Source: Gemmatimonadales bacterium (GTDB lineage: Bacteria > Gemmatimonadota > Gemmatimonadetes > Gemmatimonadales > GWC2-71-9). Taken from it: a DNA stretch of 64,000 bases. Shown here piece after piece: positions 1 to 10,131 of this stretch (position 1 is the stretch's first letter; each line of letters begins with the position of its first letter). Under the pieces are notes generated by a model. That model saw nothing but the letters and a program-made list of their open reading frames with translations. It had not been told where the DNA came from and searched no databases. The position numbers and the translations under genes were made by a program. The stretch covers positions 1,216,001 to 1,280,000 of the forward strand of contig JBBCJC010000002.1 in NCBI GenBank assembly GCA_037189525.1, given 5' to 3'.

Positions 1-1
1 C

Positions 2-1234
2 GCTCCCCGGCGGTTCCGCGACGCGCTCTCGGTTGCGCAGGTAGCTATTGCGACTGTGCTGGTGTTCGGCGCACTCAGCGTTGGTTCGACCATGACGCGG
101 CTTCGCGCCGTCGAACTTGGCTTCGATCCGGATCGGGTCCTGGCGCTCAAGATCGATCCGCCGTGGACGTCGTATAACACGGTGGCGAATACTGCGCCCT
201 TCTACCAGCGGGTGCTGGAGGACATACGCGGGCTACCCGGCGTCGTCGCCGCGGCCTCTAACGTCACGATGCCGTATGCCACGCAGAATCCGGCCGAGGG
301 GCTGCATCGGCAGGTGCCGAGGCTCGACACCCAGTCGCCGGATGAGATTGCGGCCAACCCGTTCGTCAACCTGCAGGTCGTGAGCCCGGGCTACTTCGAG
401 GCGATGCGCATCCCGATCGATGCGGGGCGAAGCTTTACCGAGCTCGACGACGAGACGACGACGGCCGCGGCCATCGTCAGCCGAAGCCTGGCACGGCGCC
501 TCTGGCCCGGTAGCGATCCGCTCGGGCGGCGCATTGCCATCGGCGAACTGGACGGCAACTACCGGCCGGCGGCAACCTCGGCGAGCCCCGTCGTCTGGTA
601 TGAAGTCATCGGGGTCGCCGGCGACATTCGGCAGGCCGGCCTGTCGAACGACCCGACCCTCGATTTCTATCTCTCGCACAACCAGCAACTGGCGCCGGAA
701 ACCTATCTCGTGGTTCGCACCCGGGACGATCCCCGCCGCCACGTCGACGCGGTGCGCGCGGCCGTCCAGCGCGCGGACCCGCTCCAGACCGTCTTCGACA
801 TCAGGCCACTGTCGGAACGCGTCGAGCGCACCTACTGGCGCCCGCGCCTGGCGCAGGTGCTGCTCAACGTGTTTGCTCTCCTGACTATCGTGCTCGCCGC
901 GGTGGGTGTGTCCGGCGTCGTCGGCTTTACCGTCACTCGGCGGCTCCACGAACTCGGCATTCGCCTAGCGGTCGGTGCGAGCCCGGTGGAGTTGCGTCGT
1001 GAGGTGCTGTGGTCTGCTGCGAAGGTGGGCGGGGCGGGGGCGGCTATAGGACTTGCGGTGGGCATTACCGTGATGAGCGCAGTGCGGCTCCGGGCGCCGG
1101 CGGTGGCGTCGGCCGGTGCCGGCGTGACGGCCGCGGTGCTGCTCGGTGCGCTTGCGGTGACGGTTGCCGCGGCATGGTGGCCCGCGCGGCGCGCCGCCAG
1201 GGTCGAACCGCTTGCCGTGCTGAGGTCGGAGTAG
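2..1234 (+). CDS. ABC transporter permease (MacB/FtsX duplicated, ADOP-like), 5'-truncated by window edge
   Basis: Frame open from base 2 (..LSVAQVAIATVLVFGAL..); VSPGYFEAMRIPI, RRLHELGIRLAVGA, PARRAARVEPLAVLRSE motifs. Confidence 0.9.
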   Translation, partial: APRRFRDALSVAQVAIATVLVFGALSVGSTMTRLRAVELGFDPDRVLALKIDPPWTSYNTVANTAPFYQRVLEDIRGLPGVVAAASNVTMPYATQNPAEGLHRQVPRLDTQSPDEIAANPFVNLQVVSPGYFEAMRIPIDAGRSFTELDDETTTAAAIVSRSLARRLWPGSDPLGRRIAIGELDGNYRPAATSASPVVWYEVIGVAGDIRQAGLSNDPTLDFYLSHNQQLAPETYLVVRTRDDPRRHVDAVRAAVQRADPLQTVFDIRPLSERVERTYWRPRLAQVLLNVFALLTIVLAAVGVSGVVGFTVTRRLHELGIRLAVGASPVELRREVLWSAAKVGGAGAAIGLAVGITVMSAVRLRAPAVASAGAGVTAAVLLGALAVTVAAAWWPARRAARVEPLAVLRSE

Positions 1235-1304
1235 AGTGCGAAGCGTGCGGCCCCGTTGCGGACCACCATGGGCGCACTGCCTTGGTCGGCTGTCGGTAGC
1301 CGGA

Positions 1305-1874
1305 TCAGCGCTGGTTGAACCGCTCGAGAAGCGACACGCGCTGAACGGCGTCGTCGATGCGATAGAAGCTGGTCAGACGGCCGTCGGCTGCATCTACGCC
1401 GACTTCGAACCGGCCGACGACGGTGATCGGCAGATGCCCGAACGGAATCCGCACGCCCGGCCGCATATGCACCAGCACCCAGTCGTTCGGCCGGACTGGC
1501 GCACCGAAAAAGCACATGTCGTAGCTGCCGTTCATCATGAACACGGTCACGCCGTTCTGGTCACCCTCGAGGGGGAGCATGAAGCCACGGAGCGCGACGG
1601 TCTGATGATGCGCATCGAGAAGGACAGTCGGTAGCTCGGCAGGGCGGAAGCCGTCGGCCACACTATCGCCCACTTTCAGGTCGAAGGTGAACGAAGACAG
1701 ATCGGAGAAGGTGAGGATCGTGGTCCCGCTCGGAACGGCGCCCACCGGAATCGCAGGCCCCCGTTTGGGCGGAAGCATGATATAGGCAAGCGCGCCTCCG
1801 ACGAGCAGGACGCGAATCCCCCATCGCTTCCACCTGGCAGATGTCGCTCGGTCGGGTTCGGCTGTGTCCTGCAT
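1305..1874 (-). CDS. DUF3299-like protein, paralog 1 (membrane-anchored)
   Basis: N-terminal TM helix; LRGFMLPL..NGSYDMCFFGAPVRPNDWV motif shared with paralogs at 17588 and 21485. Confidence 0.75.
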   Translation of the reverse strand: MQDTAEPDRATSARWKRWGIRVLLVGGALAYIMLPPKRGPAIPVGAVPSGTTILTFSDLSSFTFDLKVGDSVADGFRPAELPTVLLDAHHQTVALRGFMLPLEGDQNGVTVFMMNGSYDMCFFGAPVRPNDWVLVHMRPGVRIPFGHLPITVVGRFEVGVDAADGRLTSFYRIDDAVQRVSLLERFNQR

Positions 1875-1934
1875 GACAGGAACTCCTTGATATGCCCTCA
1901 GCGCCTCGCGGGTTCCGCCGATTCGGGATATTGT

Positions 1935-1956
1935 TGATAATAATAATCTGTTATTG
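1935..1956. promoter_or_regulatory. Fur/Zur-like operator A (TGATAAT-AATAATCT-GTTATTG)
   Basis: AT-rich 7-8-7 inverted repeat between divergent DUF3299 and permease genes; same geometry as sites at 7041, 16504, 17526, 21405. Confidence 0.65.
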
Positions 1957-2001
1957 TTAAGTCAGGGACACGGAATTCCGTTCAAACAGAGGCGGTCCGC
2001 G

Positions 2002-4410
2002 ATGGCAATGGCCCGATGGCAGGGAGCAGGTCGTGATCTTCGCTCGGCGATCCGGTCCATGTGGACTCGACCCGGTTTTTCACTGGTCGTCATCGTGACG
2101 CTGGCTTTGGGGATCGGCGCCAACACGGCGCTGTTCAGCATCGTCGACGCGGTGCTGCTCCGCCGTCTGGCCGTGCCCGAGCCGGATCGCGTGGTGGTGC
2201 TGGAGGAGCGACATGACGGCTGGAGCACCACGCTGGCGTCGGCCCATGCGTTTCTCAATTGGCGCGAGCGGACGACCTCGTTCGGAGCGCTTGCGGCGAC
2301 CGCCTGGTGGGATGCGAATCTGGAATCGAGCGACGAGCCGCTTCACCTCACCATGGTCTACACCATGGGAGACTACTTCGCGGCGCTCGGGATTGCGCCG
2401 GCACTCGGCCGCGCCTTCAGCGCCGAGGAGAGCGGGCCGGGTGGTGCGAGCGCCGTCATCCTGAGCCATGGGCTCTGGTCGCGGCTCGGCGCGGATCCGG
2501 AAGTGGTCGGGCGAACGCTCACGATCGGCGGTGTGTCGTTCACCGTGGTCGGGGTGATGCCGCCGTTCGACCGGCTCGATGTCGATCAGGGCTGGGGCGA
2601 CGCCTGGGTGCCGTCTCCCATGAATCTCGAGAACATCCGTGCCAATCCCAACGGCTGGCGAGGATTTCGAGTCGTGGCTCGCCTCCAGCCGGGCGTTGCC
2701 ATCGAACGCGCCCAGACCGAGCTCGTTGGGCTGAGCCAGCAGCTGCGGAGCGAGCACCCGGCGCTGTACGAAGGATATCGCCCGGTCGTACGACCACTCC
2801 ACGACCTGCTCGTCGGCGAGGTGCGTCCGATCGTGCTGGTCCTGTGGGGGGCCGTGGCGCTGGTGCTCCTGATCGTCTGCACCAACGTGGCCACCCTGCT
2901 CCTGGCGGGCGGGGCGACGCGGCGTAAAGAAATGGCCGTTAGGCTGGCGCTCGGTTCGGGTCGGCAGGCCATGATACGGCAGATGCTGCTGGAAAGCGCC
3001 GTGCTGGCCACGCTCGGCGCCGTGGTGGGCATCGGATTGGCTCTGCTCGCCTTGCGGCTGTTCCGCGCCGGCTACGGAGATCTGCTGCCCGGGCTGGATC
3101 CTCGGGTGCTCGACGGCGTGGTGCTGGCATTCACCGCAGCCATCGCGGTTGTCACCGTCTTCCTGTTCGGGATGGCCCCGGCACTGACGGCGGCGCGCAC
3201 CAGTCCCGGCGCAGTGCTGAAGGACGCGGCAGTGGGCCGCGCTTCCAAGGGGCTCGATGCGCTCGTCGTGGCGCAGGTGGGCCTCGCGGCACTGCTTCTC
3301 GTCGGCGCCGGTCTCATGCTCAAGAGCATCTGGAAGCTCATGCGCGTCGATACCGGACTCACGACCGAATCGGTCCTCACGTTCGATCTGAACATTCCGA
3401 CCTCGCGCTATCCCACGGAGGTGACGCGCGCAGCGTTTTTCCAGGCGCTGCAGGCCCGATTGGAGACTGTGTCTGGTGTCGAAGCGGCCGGCGCCAACCG
3501 CTACTTCCCGCTGCGTCCGCGACAGTACAGCCAGCCGGTGCTCGTCGAGGGCCGCCCGGTCCCGGAGGGGCACGAGCCGGTGGTCCACTATGGCGGGATT
3601 ACCAGCGGGTATTGGAGTGCGCTTGGCATTCCGCTGCTCGAGGGTCGTGACTTCACCGCGCAGGAGATGTGGGAGACGGACGGCGCCACCATCATCAATC
3701 GCTCGCTTGCCACGCTGCTCTTTCCGGGGGAGTCGTCACTCGGCCGGCGGATCCAATACGGCGGCGAATGGCGGACCATCGTCGGCGTGGTGGGCGATGT
3801 CCGGCAGCGGCACCTCGATGAACGGGCGAGCCCACAGGTCTACAGTCCATATTCCGAGTATCCTCACACGACGATGACGTTCGCCGTGCGCACCGCGAGC
3901 AGCCCCGAGTCGTTCGTTGGTGCCATCCGTGCCGAAGTGCGAGCCCTGGATCCCGCGATCGCGATCTTCGACGTGCGGCCTCTCGAGGCGCTGGTCGAAG
4001 GGACGGTCGCGCGCCGCCGGCTTGGCGCCGTGCTGCTCGGCGGGTTTGCCGCACTCGCGCTGGCGCTTGCGGCGGTCGGTGCGTACGGTGTGATGGCCTT
4101 CTCCGTCAGTCGCCGCACCCGTGAGCTGGGCATCCGTCTCGCCCTCGGTGCCGAGTCCGCCACTTTGGCCAGAATGGTAGTGCGCGAGGGCGGCCGTCTG
4201 GTCCTGGCCGGAATGGCGCTGGGCTTGGCGGCAGCGCTCGCTCTATCGAGGGTGCTGCGCAGCCTGCTGTTCGACGTTCCGCCGTTCGATCCCCTTACTT
4301 ACGTGGCTGTCGCGCTGCTGCTCCTCGCGGCAGCGCTCGTGGCGTGCTATCTGCCGGCGCGCCGAGCCGCCCGAGCCAGCCCGCTGGCTGTGCTCCGGGA
4401 GGTGCCTTGA
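2002..4410 (+). CDS. ABC transporter permease (ADOP-like, duplicated MacB_PCD/FtsX)
   Basis: TLALGIGANTALFSIVDAVLL start motif, two FtsX repeats, PARRAAR..PLAVLRE end; no adjacent ATPase. Confidence 0.92.
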   Translation: MAMARWQGAGRDLRSAIRSMWTRPGFSLVVIVTLALGIGANTALFSIVDAVLLRRLAVPEPDRVVVLEERHDGWSTTLASAHAFLNWRERTTSFGALAATAWWDANLESSDEPLHLTMVYTMGDYFAALGIAPALGRAFSAEESGPGGASAVILSHGLWSRLGADPEVVGRTLTIGGVSFTVVGVMPPFDRLDVDQGWGDAWVPSPMNLENIRANPNGWRGFRVVARLQPGVAIERAQTELVGLSQQLRSEHPALYEGYRPVVRPLHDLLVGEVRPIVLVLWGAVALVLLIVCTNVATLLLAGGATRRKEMAVRLALGSGRQAMIRQMLLESAVLATLGAVVGIGLALLALRLFRAGYGDLLPGLDPRVLDGVVLAFTAAIAVVTVFLFGMAPALTAARTSPGAVLKDAAVGRASKGLDALVVAQVGLAALLLVGAGLMLKSIWKLMRVDTGLTTESVLTFDLNIPTSRYPTEVTRAAFFQALQARLETVSGVEAAGANRYFPLRPRQYSQPVLVEGRPVPEGHEPVVHYGGITSGYWSALGIPLLEGRDFTAQEMWETDGATIINRSLATLLFPGESSLGRRIQYGGEWRTIVGVVGDVRQRHLDERASPQVYSPYSEYPHTTMTFAVRTASSPESFVGAIRAEVRALDPAIAIFDVRPLEALVEGTVARRRLGAVLLGGFAALALALAAVGAYGVMAFSVSRRTRELGIRLALGAESATLARMVVREGGRLVLAGMALGLAAALALSRVLRSLLFDVPPFDPLTYVAVALLLLAAALVACYLPARRAARASPLAVLREVP

Positions 4411-5738
4411 TGAGGCCGCTCGTTGCGCTGGGGCTGAGCCTGGCCTGCATGGCTATTGGCTCCACCGTCGCGGGGGCCCAGACGCCGCCCGCTGCACTCA
4501 ACTGGGCCGCCGAGGATGCGGATCGGATCCGATGGTTGGAGCAGCATGGTCGCCGGGCGGCTGGAAAGCAGGTCGTCATCTACGCACCTGCCGATTCGAT
4601 GTCCGCCTCGTGGCAACACGCTCTCGTCGACACGCTGGACAACGCGCTCGCGCGCCTCCGCCGCACCATGCGGGGGCCGTATCCATGGCAACGGATCGGC
4701 GATGGCCCGGTCACCTTCTACCTCAGCCCCGGCCGGTTCGTGGCGCATGCCAGCGGATACGGGGCGGTGTTCATTCCGATCAGCCGGGTACATGAGCGCC
4801 TGGCGCCGTTCCTCCATGAGGCCAGCCACGAGTTGCTCGCGCCAGAGCCGCCGTTCTATCCCCGGGAGTTTTCCGACACGGTCGGCCTGGCGCAGGCGCG
4901 CCGCCATCCGCTCTGGCTCTTCGAGGGCGTGCCGGATTATCTGGCGCAATCGGTGTCGGCCCAGACCGGCTTTCATGAGGGCGACGTTTTCGAGATTGGA
5001 GGGCTCGGCAAAGTCGACAGCGTCTGCGCTGCGCGCGTCGCCTCGAGCCCGCGCCGGCAGGAGATCCTCGGGGTCATCGGCAGCGCCGGCCGCCTGGAGG
5101 CGCTGTTCACCACCGAGCGGGCCACGATTGCGCCGGCGTTCTATGCCTGCAGCCAGTCGCTCACCAAGCATCTGATCGATCTGATCGGGGTCCGCGAGGT
5201 TGTGGGACTCTTTCCCGCCATGAAGAACGGTACCTGGCGGGATGCGATTGCTCGCGCGGCAGCGGTGTCGATGGACACCATCACGCATCGGTGGAAGGTC
5301 CGGCTCGGGCTGGCGGTAGCCGACAGCAGCGCCGACTTGCGCGCCTTCCGTGGCATCATCGACGACTTCAACCGGTCGTGGGCGGAGCGGGATGCCCGGA
5401 TTTTCGTCAAGCACTTCGCTCCGGAGGGCGACTTCATGCAGGCCTTCGGACGTTATCGCGGCACCCGCGCAGGCACCGAAGATTTCATGGATTGGTTCCT
5501 CTCGGGGCAGAGCGCGACGTTTCAATCCCGCGAAGTCGGAACCCGGGTCAAGATGGTCACGCCGGACGTGGCCTTCCTCGAAGCCGAGTTTACGGGAGAA
5601 GGGATTCGGAACGCGGACGGGACGTTCCAGCCCGATCGGCGCGGCCAGATGATGCTGGTGCTGGCCCGCCGCGAGGGGCGGTGGCAGGTGATCTCGTACC
5701 GCTATCTGGACATCCACGCCGGCGCTATCCGGCGATGA
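4410..5738 (+). CDS. Secreted gluzincin-like (HExxH) domain fused to C-terminal NTF2-like (SgcJ/EcaC/DUF4440) domain
   Basis: Signal peptide; FLHEASHEL and WLFEGVPDY motifs; C-terminal FNRSWAERD..F..G..WQVI pattern; TGATG coupling to the upstream gene. Confidence 0.65.
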   Translation: MRPLVALGLSLACMAIGSTVAGAQTPPAALNWAAEDADRIRWLEQHGRRAAGKQVVIYAPADSMSASWQHALVDTLDNALARLRRTMRGPYPWQRIGDGPVTFYLSPGRFVAHASGYGAVFIPISRVHERLAPFLHEASHELLAPEPPFYPREFSDTVGLAQARRHPLWLFEGVPDYLAQSVSAQTGFHEGDVFEIGGLGKVDSVCAARVASSPRRQEILGVIGSAGRLEALFTTERATIAPAFYACSQSLTKHLIDLIGVREVVGLFPAMKNGTWRDAIARAAAVSMDTITHRWKVRLGLAVADSSADLRAFRGIIDDFNRSWAERDARIFVKHFAPEGDFMQAFGRYRGTRAGTEDFMDWFLSGQSATFQSREVGTRVKMVTPDVAFLEAEFTGEGIRNADGTFQPDRRGQMMLVLARREGRWQVISYRYLDIHAGAIRR

Positions 5739-5763
5739 GGCGAGCCGGATAGCACCGCTGAGG

Positions 5764-6999
5764 CTATATCTGGTGATCGTGCTCGTCGTCGTCTTCGGCC
5801 ACCGCCCACGGTGTGAACGGGTCGGGAAAGGCTGACCAGGTGGCCGGCCCTGCCGCAAGCTCGGCATCCGTGAGCAGCGCCCGCTCCAACGATCCGCGAA
5901 TGTGTGCTTCGTCCATCGCCATCCCGATGAACACCAGTTCCTGGCGCCGGTCGCCGTAGGGCTCACACCAGGCGGCCTCGATCTCGGCCCGCGTTTCGGC
6001 GTCGTCGGGCCAGGTGGATCGTTCGGCAGCGGCCCACCAGAAACCGAGTGGCTCCGCGTGGCAGTTGGGACCCGCCTGAGACCAGTTGCCCACGAGGTCG
6101 TGTCGAGTGGCCAGCCAGAAGACTCCCTTCGACCGAACCACGCCCTCCAGGTGCTCGTGGACGACGCTCCAGAATCGAGCAGGGTGGAACGGTCGCCGAG
6201 CCCGGAATGCGAAGCTGCCGATCCCGTACTCCTCGGTTTCGGGCACATGGGTGCCACGCAGCTCCTGCAACCACCCGGGCGCCATCGCGGCGCGCTCGAA
6301 ATCGAATCGGCCGGCGTTGATAATGAGCGGCAACGGCACACGTCCGCGGGTGCTGCGGACCACCTCGGCGGCCGGGTTGAGGGTTCGGATCAGACTCTCG
6401 ATCCGGTCCAGGTGGTTGTCGCCAACCAGGTCGGCTTTGTTGAGGATGATCACGTCGGCAAACTCGACCTGATCGATCAGCAGGTCGGAGACGGTGCGCT
6501 CGTCCGCCTCGCTCAACGCCTGTCGACGTGCTGCCAGCGTCTCACCCTCTGCCACGTCATTGAGGAAGGTGAACGCGTCGACCACCGTCACCATGGTATC
6601 CAGACGCGCCACCGTATCGAGCGCGCGCCCCGACTCGTCCTCGAAGGTGAACGTTTCCGCCACGGGCATGGGCTCGGAGATCCCGGTCGACTCGATCAGC
6701 AGATAGTCGAACCGGCCATCACGGGCCAGCTTCGCGACCTCGATCAGGAGATCCTCCCGCAGGGTGCAGCAGATACAGCCGTTGCTGAACTCGACCAGCC
6801 GCTCGTCGACCCGGCTCAGCGCCGCATCGCCGCCCCGCACCAGCCGAGCGTCGATGTTGATTTCGCTCATGTCGTTGACGATCACGGCGACCTTGAGCCC
6901 CTCGCGATTGGCCAGGACGTGGTTGAGCAGGGTGGTTTTCCCTGACCCCAGAAATCCGGAAAGAACGGTAACGGGCAGACGCGATTCGGGAGTCGGCAT
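5764..6999 (-). CDS. zigA: COG0523 G3E zinc-metallochaperone GTPase (ZigA/YciC/CobW family)
   Basis: [42 protein letters not shown], CobW_C ([11 protein letters not shown]), acidic/His tail. Confidence 0.93.
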   Translation of the reverse strand: MPTPESRLPVTVLSGFLGSGKTTLLNHVLANREGLKVAVIVNDMSEINIDARLVRGGDAALSRVDERLVEFSNGCICCTLREDLLIEVAKLARDGRFDYLLIESTGISEPMPVAETFTFEDESGRALDTVARLDTMVTVVDAFTFLNDVAEGETLAARRQALSEADERTVSDLLIDQVEFADVIILNKADLVGDNHLDRIESLIRTLNPAAEVVRSTRGRVPLPLIINAGRFDFERAAMAPGWLQELRGTHVPETEEYGIGSFAFRARRPFHPARFWSVVHEHLEGVVRSKGVFWLATRHDLVGNWSQAGPNCHAEPLGFWWAAAERSTWPDDAETRAEIEAAWCEPYGDRRQELVFIGMAMDEAHIRGSLERALLTDAELAAGPATWSAFPDPFTPWAVAEDDDEHDHQI

Positions 7000-7040
7000 G
7001 GATCGGGCTCGAGGTGACGGGTTGCGTGAGTCAATCATAT

Positions 7041-7062
7041 TGATAATATTCTCTCATTATCA
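7041..7062. promoter_or_regulatory. Fur/Zur-like operator B (TGATAAT-ATTCTCTC-ATTATCA)
   Basis: Perfect 7-8-7 inverted repeat between divergent COG0523 and rpmG, two classic Zur targets. Confidence 0.8.
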
Positions 7063-7140
7063 TTGCAAGTGATCGATTGCCGAGTTCTGTCGGGTCGGGG
7101 CCGACGATCGACATCCGTTTTCAGCTACCTGGTCAGGTCC

Positions 7141-7299
7141 ATGGGGAACAGCAAGCGAGTGCAGGTCCGACTCCGGTCGACGGAGAGCGATTACATGTAC
7201 GTCACGACCAAGAATCCGCGCACCCATCCGGAGCGGATGGAGGTGCGGAAGTACGACCCGATCCTGAAGCGGCACGTGGTATTCAAAGAGTCGAAATAG
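7141..7299 (+). CDS. rpmG: 50S ribosomal protein L33, Zn-independent (no CxxC) paralog
   Basis: 52 aa; RLRST..YVTTKN..PERMEVRKYDP..KRHVVFKE; no cysteines. Confidence 0.95.
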   Translation: MGNSKRVQVRLRSTESDYMYVTTKNPRTHPERMEVRKYDPILKRHVVFKESK

Positions 7300-7331
7300 T
7301 GTCGGGGGCGCGGGTGTGGTATCGACCGGCG

Positions 7332-10127
7332 ATGGTATGGGCGTCGTTCGGAACAGCGTCGCTGGGGGCCTCATTCACGGGTGCCTCGTCGCTCGGTACC
7401 ACGCCGCTAGCTGCCCAGCAGGAGAGCCGGGTCGTCGGCCGGGTCGTCGATTCGGCCTCGGCCGCGGGCATTCCCGGAGCGCAGGTTCGGATCGGGGCCG
7501 TTGCCGAGCTTGCAACCACCGACTCGCTTGGCCTGTTCCGATTCGCCACGGCTGGTGCGGGCAGCGTGACGCTCGAGATACGGGCCGTCGGCTATCGCCC
7601 CTTCGTGGGCGCGACGGAGGTGCGGTGGGGTGACACCGTGGTCGTGGCGCTGGTGCGGTTGCCCTATCGGATGAGCGAAATCACCGTGACGGCCGAAGCG
7701 GCGAGTCGGACGCGACGCGGAGAAATCGGAACGGCCAGCGTCGTTGGACGCGACGCGATCGAGCACGTCCAGGCCTCGAGCCTGGCCGATGTCCTCCAGC
7801 TCGTTCCCGGCCAGCTGGCTCAGAATCCGACCGTCGCCTCGGCGCGACAGTCACTGCTCCGCCAGGTCCCGACCGACACCGATGCCGCGCGGGCCAACGC
7901 GCTCGGAACGGCGCTGGTCCTCGACGGCGTGCCGCTGTCGAACAATGCCAATCTGCAGACCGACCTGTCGATCCTGAACTCGGGGCCGGGAGCGTTGCCA
8001 CCGTTCTCGTCGGTGGCGGGTCGCGGCTTCGATCTTCGCAGCGTTCCGGTGGATCAGATCGAGACCCTCGAAGTGATCCGGGGCGTTCCATCCGCTCGCT
8101 ACGGAGAGCTGACGACCGGCGCCTTGCTGGTCACCTCACGCGCCGGCAAGCGCCGTCCCGAGGTCCGGATCCGCGCCAATCCCCAGACCTTCGAGGCCAG
8201 TTTCGTCGCGGGCTGGGGAAGCGCCGTGTCGGGGCGACGCGGCTTCAGCGTGGATGCGGGATGGCTCGCGGCGCTCGACGATCCGCGGCAGGATCGGGCC
8301 CGGTACGGTCGCATCTCGCTGCAAGGTGCCTGGAGCGAACGGTGGGATGCCGAGGGGCGGCTGACTACGACGACGCGCATTGCCGCCTTCAACGACGAGG
8401 ATGAACTCCGGCTCAACCCGCTCGATCCGACCAGTCGCTCTTCACGGCTGGCGCGCGACCGCGGCGTCCGGTTCAACCACAACGGCCGCCTACGAGGCGA
8501 GACCCATCGGCTCGAATGGACCCTGGGCGTCAGTGCGCAGCAACAGATCGGCCGATATCAGGACCTGATCGTCCGAGACATCTTCCCGCTGTCCACGGCG
8601 ACGACCGACACCACCGCCGTCGGGGTCTACGGCATGAGCGAGTATCTCAACGAGACGGAGGTCGACGGCCGGCCGGTCAATCTGTACGCGAGGATCGAGG
8701 CCGGCACTCGCTGGCGCACCGGCGGCTGGTATCACCTTCCCATCGCAGGCTTCGAATGGCGCTGGGATCGGAACTTCGGCGCCGGCCGCCAGTTCGATCC
8801 GATCCGTCCTCCCCGTCAGAACTATTCGGTGGGTGATCGGCCGCGCCGGTTCGACGACGTCCCCGGTTTCGGGATTTTCTCCGCCTACCTCGAAGATCGG
8901 CTGGCGGGCCGGGTGCTGGGCCGAGACGTCGCGCTGCAAGCTGGGCTGCGATTCGACAATGTCCAGCCCGAATCGCCGTGGCGCGGACGCTATGGCTCCG
9001 TGCTGGCTCCGCGGCTCAATGCGCAGGTCGACCTCGGACGCGGCATTGCTGCCCGGGTCGGGTGGGGCTCCACGGCCAAGGCGCCGACACTCGCGCAGCT
9101 CTTTCCGGGACCCAAGTACTTCGATCTGCTCTCCCTCAATTACTTCGCCACCAATCCGGCGGAGCGCATGACGGTCATCACGACCCGGGTAATCGATCCG
9201 GTGACCGATTCGCTCAAACCCTTCACCTCGGACAAAGCGGAGGCCGGCCTGGATTTCCGGCTGGGCCGCGCCACCGTTGCCGTGGTCGGCTTTGTCGAGC
9301 GGGTGCGCAATGCGCTCGGCTACACGCGGGTTCCGGTCGGGCTGGCGTATCCCCGTTTCCGGATTGCGGAAGCACGTCCCGGCCAGCAGCCGTTGCTCGA
9401 TCCGATCCCGATTGCCGTCGACACCTTCGTCGCGGCGTACGATGTCGCGCGCCCGACCCGCAGGATCGACAACAGCGGGGTCGAGCTGGTCGTCGATCTC
9501 CCGGAATGGACGGCGCTCAGAACCTCGCTGCAGCTGGGGGGGGCGTGGACCAAAACGGTTGCGATCGAGGATGCCGTAACCATCGATACCGACGCCCTGT
9601 TTCGTGGGTCGGTCTCACCGACTCGGCTGGGCATGTATGCCTCGGGTCGAGGCACCGATGCGCGGCAATTGGTGACGTCGCTGCGTCTGGTACACCGGCT
9701 TCCCGAAGCCGGCCTGGTGGTTTCGATGCTGGCCCAGACGCTCTGGCTCGACGACGACCGCCCGCTGGGGTACAGCGAGTTTCCCGTTGCCATCGTCGAT
9801 CGCGCCGGGCGGATATCGCCGCTCACGCTGGAAGAGGCGCAGTCGGAAGCGTACGCGGATCTCCGGCGCCCGGTTGGTGAGAACGCGCTCAACTGGGAAC
9901 ACCGGCCGCCGCTCTGGCTGCTCAATCTGCGGTTGACCAAGACGCTCCCCGCCGGTCTCTCGTTCTCGTTCTTTGCCAACAACATCCTGGCCGATCGGCC
10001 GCTCTATCCGTCGAACCGATCCGCGCCGGGTCAAGTCGTCTATCAACGTCGCAACGCGCCTCTGTTTTTCGGAGTCGAGGTTCTCTCGACCTTCAGGGCA
10101 GGGTCGCGTGCGCCACTTTCGGAGTAG
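7332..10127 (+). CDS. TonB-dependent outer-membrane receptor with N-terminal carboxypeptidase-regulatory-like domain (start could be GTG 7299)
   Basis: Plug motifs SLADVLQLVPG, DGVPLSNNAN, EVIRGVPSARYGELTTG; barrel motifs GLRFD, APRLN, FFANN. Confidence 0.88.
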   Translation: MVWASFGTASLGASFTGASSLGTTPLAAQQESRVVGRVVDSASAAGIPGAQVRIGAVAELATTDSLGLFRFATAGAGSVTLEIRAVGYRPFVGATEVRWGDTVVVALVRLPYRMSEITVTAEAASRTRRGEIGTASVVGRDAIEHVQASSLADVLQLVPGQLAQNPTVASARQSLLRQVPTDTDAARANALGTALVLDGVPLSNNANLQTDLSILNSGPGALPPFSSVAGRGFDLRSVPVDQIETLEVIRGVPSARYGELTTGALLVTSRAGKRRPEVRIRANPQTFEASFVAGWGSAVSGRRGFSVDAGWLAALDDPRQDRARYGRISLQGAWSERWDAEGRLTTTTRIAAFNDEDELRLNPLDPTSRSSRLARDRGVRFNHNGRLRGETHRLEWTLGVSAQQQIGRYQDLIVRDIFPLSTATTDTTAVGVYGMSEYLNETEVDGRPVNLYARIEAGTRWRTGGWYHLPIAGFEWRWDRNFGAGRQFDPIRPPRQNYSVGDRPRRFDDVPGFGIFSAYLEDRLAGRVLGRDVALQAGLRFDNVQPESPWRGRYGSVLAPRLNAQVDLGRGIAARVGWGSTAKAPTLAQLFPGPKYFDLLSLNYFATNPAERMTVITTRVIDPVTDSLKPFTSDKAEAGLDFRLGRATVAVVGFVERVRNALGYTRVPVGLAYPRFRIAEARPGQQPLLDPIPIAVDTFVAAYDVARPTRRIDNSGVELVVDLPEWTALRTSLQLGGAWTKTVAIEDAVTIDTDALFRGSVSPTRLGMYASGRGTDARQLVTSLRLVHRLPEAGLVVSMLAQTLWLDDDRPLGYSEFPVAIVDRAGRISPLTLEEAQSEAYADLRRPVGENALNWEHRPPLWLLNLRLTKTLPAGLSFSFFANNILADRPLYPSNRSAPGQVVYQRRNAPLFFGVEVLSTFRAGSRAPLSE

Positions 10128-10131
10128 AACC

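Noticed and set aside
4347..6341. 664-aa minus-strand ORF
   Set aside because: Overlaps two well-supported genes; Arg/Pro-rich with no domain
7077..7298. 5' extension of the TonB receptor ORF over rpmG
   Set aside because: ORF-caller extension; rpmG occupies this interval in another frame
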